This document shows, one piece after another, positions 25,169 to 36,794 of a DNA stretch of 64,000 nt. The stretch is from Carpediemonas membranifera BICM. Taxonomy: Eukaryota; Protista; Fornicata. The stretch covers positions 124,001-188,000 of the forward strand of contig JAHDYR010000008.1 of the NCBI GenBank assembly GCA_019828565.1, read 5' to 3'. The notes under the pieces are model-generated. The model was not told the origin of the DNA. It saw nothing but the letters and a program-made list of their open reading frames with translations, and ran no database searches. Numbering within the stretch: the stretch's first letter is position 1; each line of letters opens with the position of its first letter. The position numbers and the translations under genes were made by a program.

Positions 25169-27376
25169 TTAAAGTGCGATTCCATCGGCCAGAAGCCCTA
25201 CAAACCGCGAAGCAAGCAGCGTAGTCGGCAGCAACGCGTGTGTCGGCCCATCAAACACGGCGAGCACGCCGCTGGCAGTCGTTACAGACTCCAGGGCAGC
25301 GGTGGGGACCGTGTCGTCGAACTCAGCCCCAAACATCGCCCGCCGAGTCGCAGTGTCAGCATCCATGTCCTCATCATCGTCCTCATCATTTGATGAAAGA
25401 GAGGCAGGGTCCATAGAGAATAACACACGCTCTCCGTCGTCAATGGCCAGGATGAGGAGGCCTGCTGGGTTGGCGGGGGAGGGGAGGAGGGCCTCTACGA
25501 AGGTCCCAAACTTACCGAGGGAGTGGCGAGCGAGGGGAACCAACGCGGAGGTCAGGGAAGCATAGAAAAACGTTCCAGTGCGGACAATTACATGAATGGT
25601 GTCATCCAGGACACATACATGTGTAAATATGCCCTGAATAGCGTCCACGACAGCATCCTCGGTTGCCACCGCGAGCATCTTGTTCGTCGCAAGTACAAGC
25701 CGGCCGTCCGAGAGATAGTCAATTGACCCAGCCTTCTGGCGGTTGGCAAGTAGGAAATGGGCGCAGACATCGCGGGTTTTGAGGTCTATCGTGACAAGCT
25801 GGTGGTCGAAGAGCACGTGTACCTTGCTGCAGTCGGGGTTAACCCTAGCAGTTATGGCACTGTAATCCTCAAACATAAATGACGCAGCGAGCTCGACTGT
25901 GTCACCAATAGATAGAATCTTGACCGCACCTGAACGGTCTGCAACGACGAGCCAGGCTCCATCCGCCGACATGTCCATGGCTACAGGCACGTCCGTGGTG
26001 AGACCGCTCAGACTGGCAACCAGACAGAACCGAGGCAGACTGGTGCTAGAAGTATCATGCATCGCGTGCTGTGACTCTCTGAACCAAACCCTGGTGGTCT
26101 CGGGCACGCCGGGTCGACCAGCCCCGTCGGCACTGGCCATGACAGCACCGTCCGCACTGAAGCAAGCCCAGTGCGCGTGTGCTGGGGGGGCCTTACTATC
26201 GCCCACGTCGGTGGCGTAGTTCCTGGTCACCACAGCGAGGCGGGACGGGGCTGGGTTGACATGCTCGGTCGCGTCAAACAGTGACAGTGAGCCTGCCGTG
26301 CCCGCAGTGAGCACGCGCCTGTGAGGTCCCTTAGGCGGGTACAGGCCCGGGTTCTGGATGGGGTAGACCTGGAAGGCGGGGTGTCCCGTCGTGGGTTGGG
26401 CTAGACCGCGGTAAGTGAAGACCACAGAGCGGTGTGTCAGATCCAGCAGACGGACGGCGTTGTCAGAGCACAGCACGGCCACCTGGACTGTCTCGCCCTC
26501 CGGCCCGGGGACCATAGCGATGATGGATCCACCTAGGCGGGGGAGGAAGTCAGAAGACGAGGCAACCAGGTTCCAGGAGACGAGGACACCCTCATGCCCA
26601 CCAGAATAGACCTCGGAGGGTGAGGGGCCGAATAGGAGTGAGCTGATCGGGCCTGTGTGCCAGGGTAGGAGCTGCACGGTGAGGTCCTTGAGCTTGCTGG
26701 GGCTTGGGACGTCCAGGGGGTCTCTGAGGACGCGGATAACGCCGAGGTCATCGCCCAGAGCAATAGTAGCGTCAGAGCAGGCAACTGCAGTGAATGGGCG
26801 CGTGTGGGAGATCACATGGACGCACTCGGGGCCGTACTCGAGCTCCGCGGGGTCAAGCACCCATGCAGTGTGGTCTATCGTCGCGACAAGCATGCCGTCC
26901 GGCCCAAGGACAAGGTTAGTGTGCTGGGGGCGGTGGCTGCGTTCTGTTCTTCTGATGATGTCGAGGGTGAGTGCTGATGAGTCGACGACAAGACGGGCCA
27001 GGCAAGTCTTCGCTCTAGCTTTCCCCTTGACATCGGAGAGAATGGCGTAGAATGTGTCGCGCGAGGAGCCCGGTATGAGCTCAAGGAGCTTGTATCCGCT
27101 GAGAGTGTGCGTCGCGACAGTGACGGGAGGAGAGATGCCCTGGAGGACGAAGACGCTGTCAGAGGAGGCCATGAGAATCTGCTGAGATGATTCATAGAGC
27201 ATGGCGATGTGCGCTACATTCATTGGAGCCTCGAACTTCTGTGTGCAAGCGCCAGAACGGGCATTCACGGTATAAACCATGTTTGCAATGGAAAAGAGAA
27301 CAGCCTTGCCGTCATTTGTGAAGACCGGCTGCTTAATAGCTCCTCCAATCCTGTGAAAGGCGTCGCTAACCACCAT
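25169..27376 (-). CDS. WDR75: WD40 protein, U3 snoRNP UTP17/WDR75
   Basis: LPWHTGPI...YSGGHEGVLVSW...DFLPRLGGSI signature. ATG at 27376. Confidence 0.8.
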   Translation of the reverse strand: MVVSDAFHRIGGAIKQPVFTNDGKAVLFSIANMVYTVNARSGACTQKFEAPMNVAHIAMLYESSQQILMASSDSVFVLQGISPPVTVATHTLSGYKLLELIPGSSRDTFYAILSDVKGKARAKTCLARLVVDSSALTLDIIRRTERSHRPQHTNLVLGPDGMLVATIDHTAWVLDPAELEYGPECVHVISHTRPFTAVACSDATIALGDDLGVIRVLRDPLDVPSPSKLKDLTVQLLPWHTGPISSLLFGPSPSEVYSGGHEGVLVSWNLVASSSDFLPRLGGSIIAMVPGPEGETVQVAVLCSDNAVRLLDLTHRSVVFTYRGLAQPTTGHPAFQVYPIQNPGLYPPKGPHRRVLTAGTAGSLSLFDATEHVNPAPSRLAVVTRNYATDVGDSKAPPAHAHWACFSADGAVMASADGAGRPGVPETTRVWFRESQHAMHDTSSTSLPRFCLVASLSGLTTDVPVAMDMSADGAWLVVADRSGAVKILSIGDTVELAASFMFEDYSAITARVNPDCSKVHVLFDHQLVTIDLKTRDVCAHFLLANRQKAGSIDYLSDGRLVLATNKMLAVATEDAVVDAIQGIFTHVCVLDDTIHVIVRTGTFFYASLTSALVPLARHSLGKFGTFVEALLPSPANPAGLLILAIDDGERVLFSMDPASLSSNDEDDDEDMDADTATRRAMFGAEFDDTVPTAALESVTTASGVLAVFDGPTHALLPTTLLASRFVGLLADGIAL

Positions 27377-27509
27377 AGGCCTCGTTCTAGCTGGAGAGGG
27401 TCTCTTCAACTTTTTTCGTGCAAAAGGCGAAACCCGGGCAAACGATCTCACCAGGCCCTATCCAGCCCTCCCGCCGCACCCAGACACACCCCATCAATCT
27501 ATTTACTCA

Positions 27510-28496
27510 TTAAAGCACCTCATCGTCTTCCTCCTCCTCCGCAGCCGCCGCAGCCGCCTCGGCCTCAATGTCAGCAGCCTCGGCCTGCTCACCGAGCACA
27601 TCCTCGCCCTCCTCTCCGGCCCCCTCGATGTGGTCCCGACCTCTCAACAGCATAGTCGTCTTCCATCTGTTGAGTCTAGCGATCGAATCATAGTCGGCGC
27701 AAGCCTGAGCCCAGTCGTCGGCAGACGTGCTCTCAAACGCCTCGATTAGCTTCTCAATGAACTTATACTCGCGGGACCCGGGCAGAGTATGGTCAATGTC
27801 GGCATAGATCGAGAGGTTCTGTCTTGCGAGCTCGACATCAGGCATCGCCAAGGCAGTAATCAGGGCTCGAAGGAGATAGTCCTTAGCAGACCACTTGGTG
27901 AGGTTGTTGCCCGTAGCAGACCGTGCAACCTCCTCGTAAGTGTCGATGGCGACGATGTAGTCCTTATTCATGGCTCTGATGTCTGCGGCCTCAAGGCGCC
28001 ACTGGTTGGCGTTAGTCTCGGAACCCTCGGAGGCAAAGTACTCAGCAGCACGCTCGAAGTTCTCGAGAGCGTTGTCGAAGTCGCCTGCGTCGCGGTAGGA
28101 GACGCCGATGTCCTTGAGGATGTTCGCGGCCTTAAAGAACTGGCCAGCGTCCAGAGCTGCGTCTACGGCACGTTCGAGGCACTTGGCAGCCTGACCGGCG
28201 TTGCCAGCCTGCTTGAAGCACGTAGCGGCCTTGGCGTACATCTGGTTGGACTGGGCAGAGGACTTGGCCTTCGCAAAGGCTTCGGCGGCCTGAAGAAGGC
28301 ACTCACCAGCTCTAAGATAGTTAGAGGCGATCTTGAACTGGTTGCCAGCGCTCTGGAAGAGCTCGGCACGGTCCTCGAGGGAGGTACTCGACGGAGGGAG
28401 CAAACCGAGCTTCTTTTTCCCGGTCTTCTCGGCCTGTCTCAGATACTCGTAGGCCTTCTTTTCAGCTTTGCTAGTTCTATCATTATCGCGAGCCAT
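27510..28496 (-). CDS. SEC17: Alpha-soluble NSF attachment protein
   Basis: AGNQFKIA, GQFFKAA, KWSAKDYLLRA, SREYKF, YDSIARLNRWKTTMLLR. Confidence 0.93.
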   Translation of the reverse strand: MARDNDRTSKAEKKAYEYLRQAEKTGKKKLGLLPPSSTSLEDRAELFQSAGNQFKIASNYLRAGECLLQAAEAFAKAKSSAQSNQMYAKAATCFKQAGNAGQAAKCLERAVDAALDAGQFFKAANILKDIGVSYRDAGDFDNALENFERAAEYFASEGSETNANQWRLEAADIRAMNKDYIVAIDTYEEVARSATGNNLTKWSAKDYLLRALITALAMPDVELARQNLSIYADIDHTLPGSREYKFIEKLIEAFESTSADDWAQACADYDSIARLNRWKTTMLLRGRDHIEGAGEEGEDVLGEQAEAADIEAEAAAAAAEEEEDDEVL

Positions 28497-28933
28497 GCTG
28501 GGGAGATGTTTCTGCAGGCGTACTTTGTGCAGGTTATGTCACGAACGAATTTAGCACAAGATCGCTAAACTTCCACCTTGCCATCGCAGCATCGAAGCCA
28601 GCAGCACAATGACCATAAGTTGATCACGTTAATCAAATAATTTTGGGGTGATTTGGATCAATCCGAACGATCGTGTTGTCATGCAGAATTTCGAATAATG
28701 GACAAGAGGAGTGCCGCTGTCCACATGAGTCTAGGGCTGGCCAGTAATCCAGATGCAGCCGTGCTGGGGCCACAGGTCGGGCATGCATTAAACTGCACCG
28801 GCATTGGTCATGCCGGGCTGACCCCGAAATTTTTAGAAACTTCACTATGTGGTAGAATGAGCATACTTGCACGCGGCTTGCCGCTATCCAGACCCACGTC
28901 GGGTGGATCACTCATTTATCAGCGTCAGAACGA

Positions 28934-29386
28934 ATGAAAGCGGTTGTTCTGGCCCTATTGCTTTCCGCATGCTTTTGCTTCATCTGTAGCGATTCATTTG
29001 AGTGGCAAATGTCCTGTAATTACGACTGCGATGCTCTTATCGCCACGTGCACTGTATTAGACACCATTTCGTGCACTGGTGACCGTACCTTCACCCAAGA
29101 GCTCAACAGATACGAGGGCTCCGCGTGCTACATAGACTCACGAGAGGGCACTCGTTCATATGTCGTCGCTCTTCTCCTCTCGCTCTTTCTCGGCTGGACA
29201 GGCATCGACCGGCTCTACACAGGCCATGTCGCCCTCGCCCTCCTCAAGTTCATGACCTTCGCGTTCAACTGGTACGGCTGGGCGCTGGACTTCATCCTCT
29301 TGCTCACCCAGCGGACGTCGCCAGTCAACGGGGTTTGGGTTGTCCCGGACTACTTGCCCCGACTGTGGCGGCCGACTCGGTGGTGA
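28934..29386 (+). CDS. TM2-domain protein
   Basis: Signal peptide, Cys-rich ectodomain, ALLLSLFLGWTGIDRLYTGH...LLK. Confidence 0.85.
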   Translation: MKAVVLALLLSACFCFICSDSFEWQMSCNYDCDALIATCTVLDTISCTGDRTFTQELNRYEGSACYIDSREGTRSYVVALLLSLFLGWTGIDRLYTGHVALALLKFMTFAFNWYGWALDFILLLTQRTSPVNGVWVVPDYLPRLWRPTRW

Positions 29387-29665
29387 ATGGGCTGAATGGG
29401 GTGGGTTTATTGAGTTTTTGGGTCTTATCAGGATCTGGGTTGGGGTTATCGGAGCAGCAGAATTCTGTTCTCTCCTTTTCCGCTGTTCGGCCTTTGGACT
29501 CAGCTCTCTCATCGAAACACACCACCACTAGTTTTTTGATGGCATAGACCTCCACCGCAACCTCTGTTGCCGTGCCACGCCGTAATCATGGTTGGGCGGG
29601 ACATTTTATTTCTATAACCCGCGTTTTAATTAATTATAAAGAGACAGCGAAGACCATGCATGGCA

Positions 29666-31405
29666 TCACCTCGCCATACCCCCCGCCAGACCGAGCACCC
29701 TCTGCTCGACCTCCCCAGCCAACGACACAGCCTCGACAGTGCCGTCAAACTCCAACACGGCACTCTCTCCATCAACCAGCAGAGACACGGCGTCGTCCAG
29801 CTCGAACACCACGGGGAATGAAGTGTTGACGAGTCGGACGACCCTGCCGTTGTACAGTTCCCTCAGGGCGTCATCAACCTCCTTGGGGCTTCGAACCCTG
29901 CATTGGAGAACTACCTGCCCCACAACGCTCTGGGCGATGGGCGCGCCCCCCCTGACGAGCGTAGGACCCTCTGCAACAGGCCCGCGAACCTCTATACCGA
30001 CGCCGGGTTCCGTGAGGTGTTCAAGAAGGGGTGCTACGGCGCTATATGGGAGCAGGCCGCTGTACCCGCTGGTAACTGGTATGCTAATCGTGTTCTGACG
30101 AGCACTGGGGATGTAAACGGGGAGCTGGAGGCTACTCCGCAGAATATGTTTGAGCTGAGGCATCTTGGTGGCGTTGCCATGGACTAGAACGACAGAGGAG
30201 GGCTGGAGAGCCTCTGCGACCACTGCTATGCTCTTCAGATCAGCGTGTGCAGCGAATGAAAGGTGTTTCACAGTGCATTCGATGGGCACGACGTCGCCCT
30301 TGTCAACTCTCACTTGCTTCACCTCCCCGCTGATAATCTTGTCCGTAATAGTTCCGGGCATGTTATAACCGGGAGCAACCACCAAAGTATTCGGGTCACT
30401 GCACCAAGCGTTGAAGAAACGGAGAGTGAAGCCGGAGTTGAGCGCTGACGGCGACGATAGCACCACTAGAGGCCCTTTCATCGCTGCCAAGTCGGTTCCA
30501 CTTGGATCTACCAGCTTGATGTGCCTGTAGTTGAAGTGGTCGGATGTCAATCCCGGCCGCATCCAGTGCTGCGAGTGAAAGTGCTTGTAAACCTCAGTAG
30601 CACGCTCGAGCAGGCCCTTGGTGGCGATAATAGGGTATGTCAGCCCCATCCTGTCCCAGTACCGGTCCAACAACAGACACACGTCCTGAGCCCTGCCCAG
30701 GGCATGCGTCGGAACGAGAACACGCCCACCCCGCTCCAAGGTTCGCACAGTGTCCTGGATAAACTGCTGCTCGCGGTACTCCTGGGCGTCCCTGATCATC
30801 GTGCCGAACGTGCTCTCGGTGATTAGAACGTCGGGGCGGAGGGCGAAGGGGGGGAGGGCGGGGAGGAGATGCCGGTCGACGTTGACGTTGAAATCACCAG
30901 TGTAAAAGGCAGAGCCCATTGTGGTTTGTACATGAACCATTGCTGCACCAAGCAGGTGGCCGGCGGGGTAGAAAGTGACACTAAGGCCTGGACGAACATG
31001 CACAGTCTCTCTAAAGCGAACAGTGGTCACCCGCTGCATCGATTTGAGCATATCATCACGAGTGTAGAGCGGCCTAGCGCTCTTCCTAGCCATAATCTCC
31101 GCGAAGTCCTCCATGATCATGGGTGAACAGACAGCTGTGGGCTCAGTCATGAAGACGGGGCCGGTGAAGCGGCGCATGAGATAAGGGAGAGCACCAACAT
31201 GGTCTAAATGGAAATGAGTGATTACCACAGCGTCTATGGTGTTCAGATCAAGGCTACGATCGAGTTGCGGGAACTGGTCGGCGCCCTTGAGCGTGAGATG
31301 GACACCGAAGTCCAAGATCACGCGGAAGGTGTTGTTGAAGGTAACCAGAAAGCATGAGCGTCCGATGAAGGCGGACGCTCCAAGGGCCTCGATCACAATC
31401 CCCAT
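29666..31405 (-). CDS. INTS11: Metallo-beta-lactamase/beta-CASP RNase, Integrator subunit 11 (CPSF73 family)
   Basis: THFHLDH, AGHLLGAAM, YTGDFN..DRHL, LITESTFGTMIRD, GRAQ, SFAAHAD. The TMIRD motif favours INTS11 over CPSF3. Confidence 0.8.
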   Translation of the reverse strand: MGIVIEALGASAFIGRSCFLVTFNNTFRVILDFGVHLTLKGADQFPQLDRSLDLNTIDAVVITHFHLDHVGALPYLMRRFTGPVFMTEPTAVCSPMIMEDFAEIMARKSARPLYTRDDMLKSMQRVTTVRFRETVHVRPGLSVTFYPAGHLLGAAMVHVQTTMGSAFYTGDFNVNVDRHLLPALPPFALRPDVLITESTFGTMIRDAQEYREQQFIQDTVRTLERGGRVLVPTHALGRAQDVCLLLDRYWDRMGLTYPIIATKGLLERATEVYKHFHSQHWMRPGLTSDHFNYRHIKLVDPSGTDLAAMKGPLVVLSSPSALNSGFTLRFFNAWCSDPNTLVVAPGYNMPGTITDKIISGEVKQVRVDKGDVVPIECTVKHLSFAAHADLKSIAVVAEALQPSSVVLVHGNATKMPQLKHILRSSLQLPVYIPSARQNTISIPVTSGYSGLLPYSAVAPLLEHLTEPGVGIEVRGPVAEGPTLVRGGAPIAQSVVGQVVLQCRVRSPKEVDDALRELYNGRVVRLVNTSFPVVFELDDAVSLLVDGESAVLEFDGTVEAVSLAGEVEQRVLGLAGGMAR

Positions 31406-31682
31406 TCTCACACTGCGATCGAAAGTCATCCGAGTCACAGCCGACGCCGTGGGGAAGGGTGGTCTGGGTCATTGTAAGGGAAGGGCGAAACAAGGAGGAA
31501 GGTGGTGGAATGCTCACTGGTATTCTGGCACTTTGTATCCCCGGGCGCAATGACGAACAAAGTGCGCAAACTAATGACCAAGTGCCTGGCACCTCAACAC
31601 AATGCTGCAGATCACTCAGCCCGCCATATGACCGGCCCATCTCATTGTCCTTCATTTGCCGACTCCCGGACTCGAGCGAACG

Positions 31683-34600
31683 ATGGCGACGGCATTCGAA
31701 CGAGCTCAAGCAGAAGCTATAGAGCTTCGGGACAAGCTCGCTGATGCGAAGGACAGTCTTAGCGATCTCACTGTTAAGCATGCCGATGTTTCAAGCCAGT
31801 TGGAGGCGCTGCGCCCCAAGCTCACTGAAACTCGCGTGAAACTCCAAGAGGCATGCACCGAACGTGATAGCGTGAAGAAGATCTACAAGAAGAAGGCACA
31901 AGAGGCAGATGATGCCAATTCCAAGATCGCAGCACTCAAAGCGACAGTTTCCTCTCAGACGCTGACGATTGAGCGCCTCCAGACCGACGTCGGCGTCCTC
32001 GAGGAGCAGCTAAACGTTGCCCTCAAGGAGACCTCCACCGACGAGAAGGTGGCTCTCCTCCTCCAAGAACGTGCCGCGCTCCAGTCCGAACTCGCCAACA
32101 CCAAGCGCGAGCTCAAGGACTTTGACGCCAATGTAGACATCCAGATAGCCCGGCGAGTGGAAGAAGAGACCAAGCAGCTCTCCCGTGCCCTTGAGCTTGA
32201 GAAGCGGCACTCGAGTCAGCTCAAGGCGCTGTCTCGACAGGCGACGAAGGCCAGAGACATCGCCCAGGCCGCTCTGGCAGAGATGACGAAGGACCCGAGC
32301 GGTAAGCACAAGAGCGAGCTCCAGGTAATCTCTCTGGCCCGAGATGCGGCATTGTGCCAGGTGCAACAGCTCAAGAGCGACCTCCACGACACAGTGGTCG
32401 CCCTCAAGAGATCTGAGGCCACACATGAGTGCGACGAAAAGCTCATCGAGATGCACAAGACAGCTAGAGCCGAGGCCCAGGCCGAGGTCGGTCGACTCAA
32501 GACGAAGCTCGCGGAGACGAGAACCAGGATAGACGAGGGCAGCTCTCGCATCCACGACGGCGAGAGAGCGCTCTCAGTTGTCTCCGCCCAGCTCAGCGAG
32601 GCCCGCGCCGTGAACGCCAGGCTCCAGGCCGAGCGAGAGGCTAGCCTCCAGGCTGTAGCAGTCCGAGAGTCCCTGGAGACCGCCCTAAAAGAGGCCAGAC
32701 AAGCGAAGGACGCGGCGTACGCCAGATCTGCGGAGCTTGAACAAGCCCTGGAAGCTGCAAAGGCTGCCTGTGCCGATGAGATCGCCCAGACGAGACGGGA
32801 TATGGCTGAGGAGGTCAGCAGCGTGCGGGGCCAGCTGCTGAGCTTGAACGAGGCGTACAAGGCCGAGAAGGGCCGCTTCGAAGCGGCCCTGTCCAGTGCG
32901 GAGAGTCTCAGGGCAGAGATCGCCCAGCGCGACGCCACGGTGTCTGAAAAACTGGGCGAAATCGCAGCACTCAGCGGCGAGCTCAAGGGTGTCCAGAAGC
33001 TATACGCCGAGTCGACCGACCCCGAGTTTAAGGACAAGTACGCGGCCAGACTCGAGGAGTACTCAGACGAGATCGACCTACTCAAGGCTAGACTCGCTGC
33101 AGCAGTGGCGGCCACTGAGGAGCACCAGGCGAAGACTAGTGGTATCGAGGACGAGCTCGCTAAGGCGAGGGAGAGTCTGGCTGAGGCAGAGGCGATCGTG
33201 GACGGTTTCGACGGGGAGCGGGGCCAGTGGGGCCAAACGAAGGCTGAGCTCGAGGCCAAGGTCGAGCAGAGCAAGGCTGAGGCCCAGGGTTTGGCCGAGA
33301 GACTTGAGGAGGTCGAAACTCAGCTCATGCAGGTCCGGGTCGATGCCGACGGCGCAAAGGTCGCACTGGCTCACGAAACCGCAGCGAAGGAGGAGATCGC
33401 TGCCCAGCTGGCGACCATGACCGAGGAGAGGCGCCAGTACGTTCACATGGCCGCAGTTTTAGGAGAGTCGGTCGACGAGCTCAAGTCTGTCAAACAGGCC
33501 TTAGAGGCCGAGAAAGACGCAGCCGTAACCCTAGCGGAGCAACAAAAGACCCGCGCTGACTCGGCTGAAGTCGAACTCCGCAGTTTAGCGCAGACTTCAG
33601 CGCAGGACCACGAGATGCTGACAGCTGAGGCTGAGCGGTACAGGAACGCCATGAACTCGCTCATGGTGGACAAGGACGGCGATGTGGTGAACGCTGTGCT
33701 CGCCAAGGAGCGTGATAGCCTGACTTATAAGCTCGCTAGTGTCCAAACAAGAGCCTCGGAGCTCGAGCAGGTAGTTGCTGAGCTGACCGCTAAGATAGAG
33801 AGGTCGAACGCTGAGCTTGCGGCGCTCAACGGCCTCAAAACGACCGCCGCCACTGAGGAGACGAAGCTCAAGGCCGAGGTTGATGCTCTCCTGCACGCCA
33901 ACGTCGCCTCCAACGCTGAGATTACCGCACTCACGCAGAGACTCGAGGAGCAGGCCAACAAGACACATGCCGCGGAGTCTGGCGCCCTCGAGCTTGAGAG
34001 GAAGGTCCGCGAGGCTGAGGCCGAGGTCGAGGCATCCCGGGCTCTCGTTGCTGCCCAGAAGACGAAGATGGATGTTCTCCGCAAGGATGTCGAGAAGGAG
34101 GTCGCTGAGGAGCTTGCGGGGTTGAAGGAACGCCTGTCAACTACCGCAAAGGAGCTCGCGACGAAGACGAAAGAACTAACCGACCTCAAGGGCGCCCTCG
34201 CAGGCAAGGTCAGAGACCTGGACAAGCAGGTGCTGGCCGCCAAGAAGGAGGTTACTGAGGATGCAGCCAGAGAGACCAAGAGGGCGAGGGATGAAGTTGA
34301 TGCGATCAGGAGACAAGCACTGGCCATCCAGCACAAGGAGAAGGCGACAGAGAAGAGGGCAGCGGAGGCCGAGAAGGTGGTGGAAGAACTCAAGACCAAG
34401 TGTGACCGCCTGCTGGCTGACAACAAGAAGATGCTTCGAATGAACAAGATGCTTAAGGAGAAGCTCACAGCCGCAGCAGCCGCTGTTGTCACTCCTCAGC
34501 CCGTTGCAGCCACCCCAGTCGAGCCAACTGTTGCCGCAGGAGCTGTGCCAGCCAAGTCAACCCCGAGGGTCGACCCGCAACCCGCCGAGCCCGAGACTGA

Positions 34601-35159
34601 GGCTGCCCCTGTGGCCGCGAAGAGCCCCGCGAAGCGGAAGATGCCGCTCCCAGAGCCAGATAAGCGGGCGACGGTGGAGGCAGAGGAGGAGGCTGCTGAG
34701 CCCGAGGAGCTCGAGGACAAGATAGGAACGCCCGAAGCCGGGGCCAACGAAGCTAAGGAGGCTGAGCCCGAGACGGAGAGTGCCCCCACCCCCGCTGATG
34801 CTGCCCCCGCATCCATTTGTCCGGAGTCACCTGACTCTGACTCTGACTCCGACTCCGACTCTGATGAGTCATTCCATCCCGATGCTGAGATCGACGAGAT
34901 CGTCCCCTCCGAGTCTGAGCCCGACTCAGAGACCGAAAACAACGACGAGGAGGACGTGGAGATGGAAGCTGACGGTGAGCCTGAGGCCGAGGCCGAGCCA
35001 GAGGCTGAAGTTGTACCAGAGGGCGTGACCGAAGCACCTCTGGAGCAGGCACCGGCGCCTGTTACTGCTGCGGAGCACAAGGAGGCAGAGAAGAAGGAGA
35101 CCAAGCCCCGGAGACGACGGGTTGTGGCGACCGACGACTTGCTTACCCAGTTCATCTGA
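31683..35159 (+). CDS. Long coiled-coil protein with acidic low-complexity tail
   Basis: ~930 aa of heptad-like E/A/L/K sequence, then a P/E/D/S-rich tail. Confidence 0.8.
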   Translation: MATAFERAQAEAIELRDKLADAKDSLSDLTVKHADVSSQLEALRPKLTETRVKLQEACTERDSVKKIYKKKAQEADDANSKIAALKATVSSQTLTIERLQTDVGVLEEQLNVALKETSTDEKVALLLQERAALQSELANTKRELKDFDANVDIQIARRVEEETKQLSRALELEKRHSSQLKALSRQATKARDIAQAALAEMTKDPSGKHKSELQVISLARDAALCQVQQLKSDLHDTVVALKRSEATHECDEKLIEMHKTARAEAQAEVGRLKTKLAETRTRIDEGSSRIHDGERALSVVSAQLSEARAVNARLQAEREASLQAVAVRESLETALKEARQAKDAAYARSAELEQALEAAKAACADEIAQTRRDMAEEVSSVRGQLLSLNEAYKAEKGRFEAALSSAESLRAEIAQRDATVSEKLGEIAALSGELKGVQKLYAESTDPEFKDKYAARLEEYSDEIDLLKARLAAAVAATEEHQAKTSGIEDELAKARESLAEAEAIVDGFDGERGQWGQTKAELEAKVEQSKAEAQGLAERLEEVETQLMQVRVDADGAKVALAHETAAKEEIAAQLATMTEERRQYVHMAAVLGESVDELKSVKQALEAEKDAAVTLAEQQKTRADSAEVELRSLAQTSAQDHEMLTAEAERYRNAMNSLMVDKDGDVVNAVLAKERDSLTYKLASVQTRASELEQVVAELTAKIERSNAELAALNGLKTTAATEETKLKAEVDALLHANVASNAEITALTQRLEEQANKTHAAESGALELERKVREAEAEVEASRALVAAQKTKMDVLRKDVEKEVAEELAGLKERLSTTAKELATKTKELTDLKGALAGKVRDLDKQVLAAKKEVTEDAARETKRARDEVDAIRRQALAIQHKEKATEKRAAEAEKVVEELKTKCDRLLADNKKMLRMNKMLKEKLTAAAAAVVTPQPVAATPVEPTVAAGAVPAKSTPRVDPQPAEPETEAAPVAAKSPAKRKMPLPEPDKRATVEAEEEAAEPEELEDKIGTPEAGANEAKEAEPETESAPTPADAAPASICPESPDSDSDSDSDSDESFHPDAEIDEIVPSESEPDSETENNDEEDVEMEADGEPEAEAEPEAEVVPEGVTEAPLEQAPAPVTAAEHKEAEKKETKPRRRRVVATDDLLTQFI

Positions 35160-35286
35160 GGGGCGTGATACATGTAATACGTGGGATGTAAATTGAGTAA
35201 TGTATATGAGCTATGGCGCTCGAAGCCATCATAAGTTGAGACTGCCAGCTCACCACCATCTTAATCCAATTTTACAAAATTCCGGT

Positions 35287-35649
35287 CTACACCGCCTCTG
35301 GCCCTTCCACGGGCTCAGCCTCATAGCGCTCAACAGCATCCACGGGCGTTGCATCATAGTTGAACGCCGGAAAGTCCACCGCGGTAACGTGGGCGACCTG
35401 TGTGGCTTGCTCGACCTCCTCATTCCACTGGGGGAGCTCGCAGGTCGGCGCAGCGACTGCATCCGTGGTTGGGAACAGGATAAGAACAACCCAGAGGCCG
35501 AGAACTAGGGCTACAACGAGAATGGCTGGGATTGTCGATGGGACGCCGATGAGCGGGAGGAAAAGGATAATGCAGAGCGCTGCGGTCAGTAGGAGGCCGG
35601 ATATAACGTAAACTGTGTCTACGGTGTGTTTCTTCGTAATTAGCCCCAT
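35287..35649 (-). CDS. Small two-TM membrane protein
   Basis: ATG start, two hydrophobic segments, acidic tail. Confidence 0.55.
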   Translation of the reverse strand: MGLITKKHTVDTVYVISGLLLTAALCIILFLPLIGVPSTIPAILVVALVLGLWVVLILFPTTDAVAAPTCELPQWNEEVEQATQVAHVTAVDFPAFNYDATPVDAVERYEAEPVEGPEAV

Positions 35650-35943
35650 TGCTTAGGAGTGGCAAGCAAACACATTCGCAGCGTGCATTCGCAGGAGGAT
35701 GAGCAGAAAATGATGACCTTTCTCATGATTCAGTGATTAATGAAGTGAATGGGTTGCTGTTTGTCGTGTCTACATCCTCGTAGCCTCGTAAAATGCTTCA
35801 GACAATATGTATGACCAAATCTGACAAAAATAATTTCGCGGCGATTTCGGGGTGGTACGCGGTGTATACCATCATGTGTTGGCCATCTGGACACTCCATC
35901 TCTTCAATTGCAAGCTGCAAAAAAAAATGTGAGAACGTGCGCC

Positions 35944-36534
35944 ATGGCCGAAGAATTCGCAGACTTCGAGACCGCCCACAGAAAGGATATCTCTGATGAT
36001 GAATTCGATGATCTTGATGAGTTCGATGATCCTGATCTCAAGCAGTTCATCCAGCAGCAGAGAGCAGAAATGATGGAGAAGTTTGAGAAGGAGCAAGAGG
36101 CGATCCGCAGGGGCACCGGTTTGTATCGGGAGATCATTGAGAAGGACTTCCTCGAGCACACAACCTCCTACGACAACGTCATCGTTCATTTCTACCATCC
36201 CGATTTCCAAGCCTGCAAGGTGCTCGACAGACACCTCGAGAAGCTTGCCAAGCAGTATCTTGACGTTCGATTCCTCAAGCTGAACGCCATCCATGCCGAA
36301 TTCTTTGTGCAGAAGTTGAAGATCAAGACTCTACCCAACCTCATCATGTTCCGAGAAGGCAAGGTCGTCGATAAGATCATTGGCTTCGACGAGCTTGGAG
36401 GCACAGATGATTTCCACACCAGGACGCTGGAGAACCGCATTGCCAGGGCTGGGCTGATCCAAAAGAAGGCGATCACTCGAGGCCACGGCTACTCTGATGA
36501 CGAAAGCGATGAGAGCGACGGGGAGTGGCATTGA
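35944..36534 (+). CDS. Phosducin-like thioredoxin-fold protein (TXNDC9/PLP1 type)
   Basis: G.YREI.EKDF, VIVHFYH..F..CKVLDRHL, KLKIKTLP, IIGFDELGGTDDF. Confidence 0.88.
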   Translation: MAEEFADFETAHRKDISDDEFDDLDEFDDPDLKQFIQQQRAEMMEKFEKEQEAIRRGTGLYREIIEKDFLEHTTSYDNVIVHFYHPDFQACKVLDRHLEKLAKQYLDVRFLKLNAIHAEFFVQKLKIKTLPNLIMFREGKVVDKIIGFDELGGTDDFHTRTLENRIARAGLIQKKAITRGHGYSDDESDESDGEWH

Positions 36535-36794
36535 GCGTTGGACGCCGGCCATGTAACTATGTAAACACTATCGTTAGTCTTGTCGGTAACGGGTGGAGCG
36601 ATGACTTGGTATGAGCCGCCATTGAAGTCAGCACATCGTGTTGGATACCTATAGTGCACCGAGCAGTGTCTGGCGTCACAGAGACAGATGGGATGACCAG
36701 GCGTAACTCCTAATCGCCGGAGTTGACATTCTCTCTTCGATTGTTGATAAATGGGCACCCCGCCTTAAACCCCCACCAAATTCTCTAAACAGAC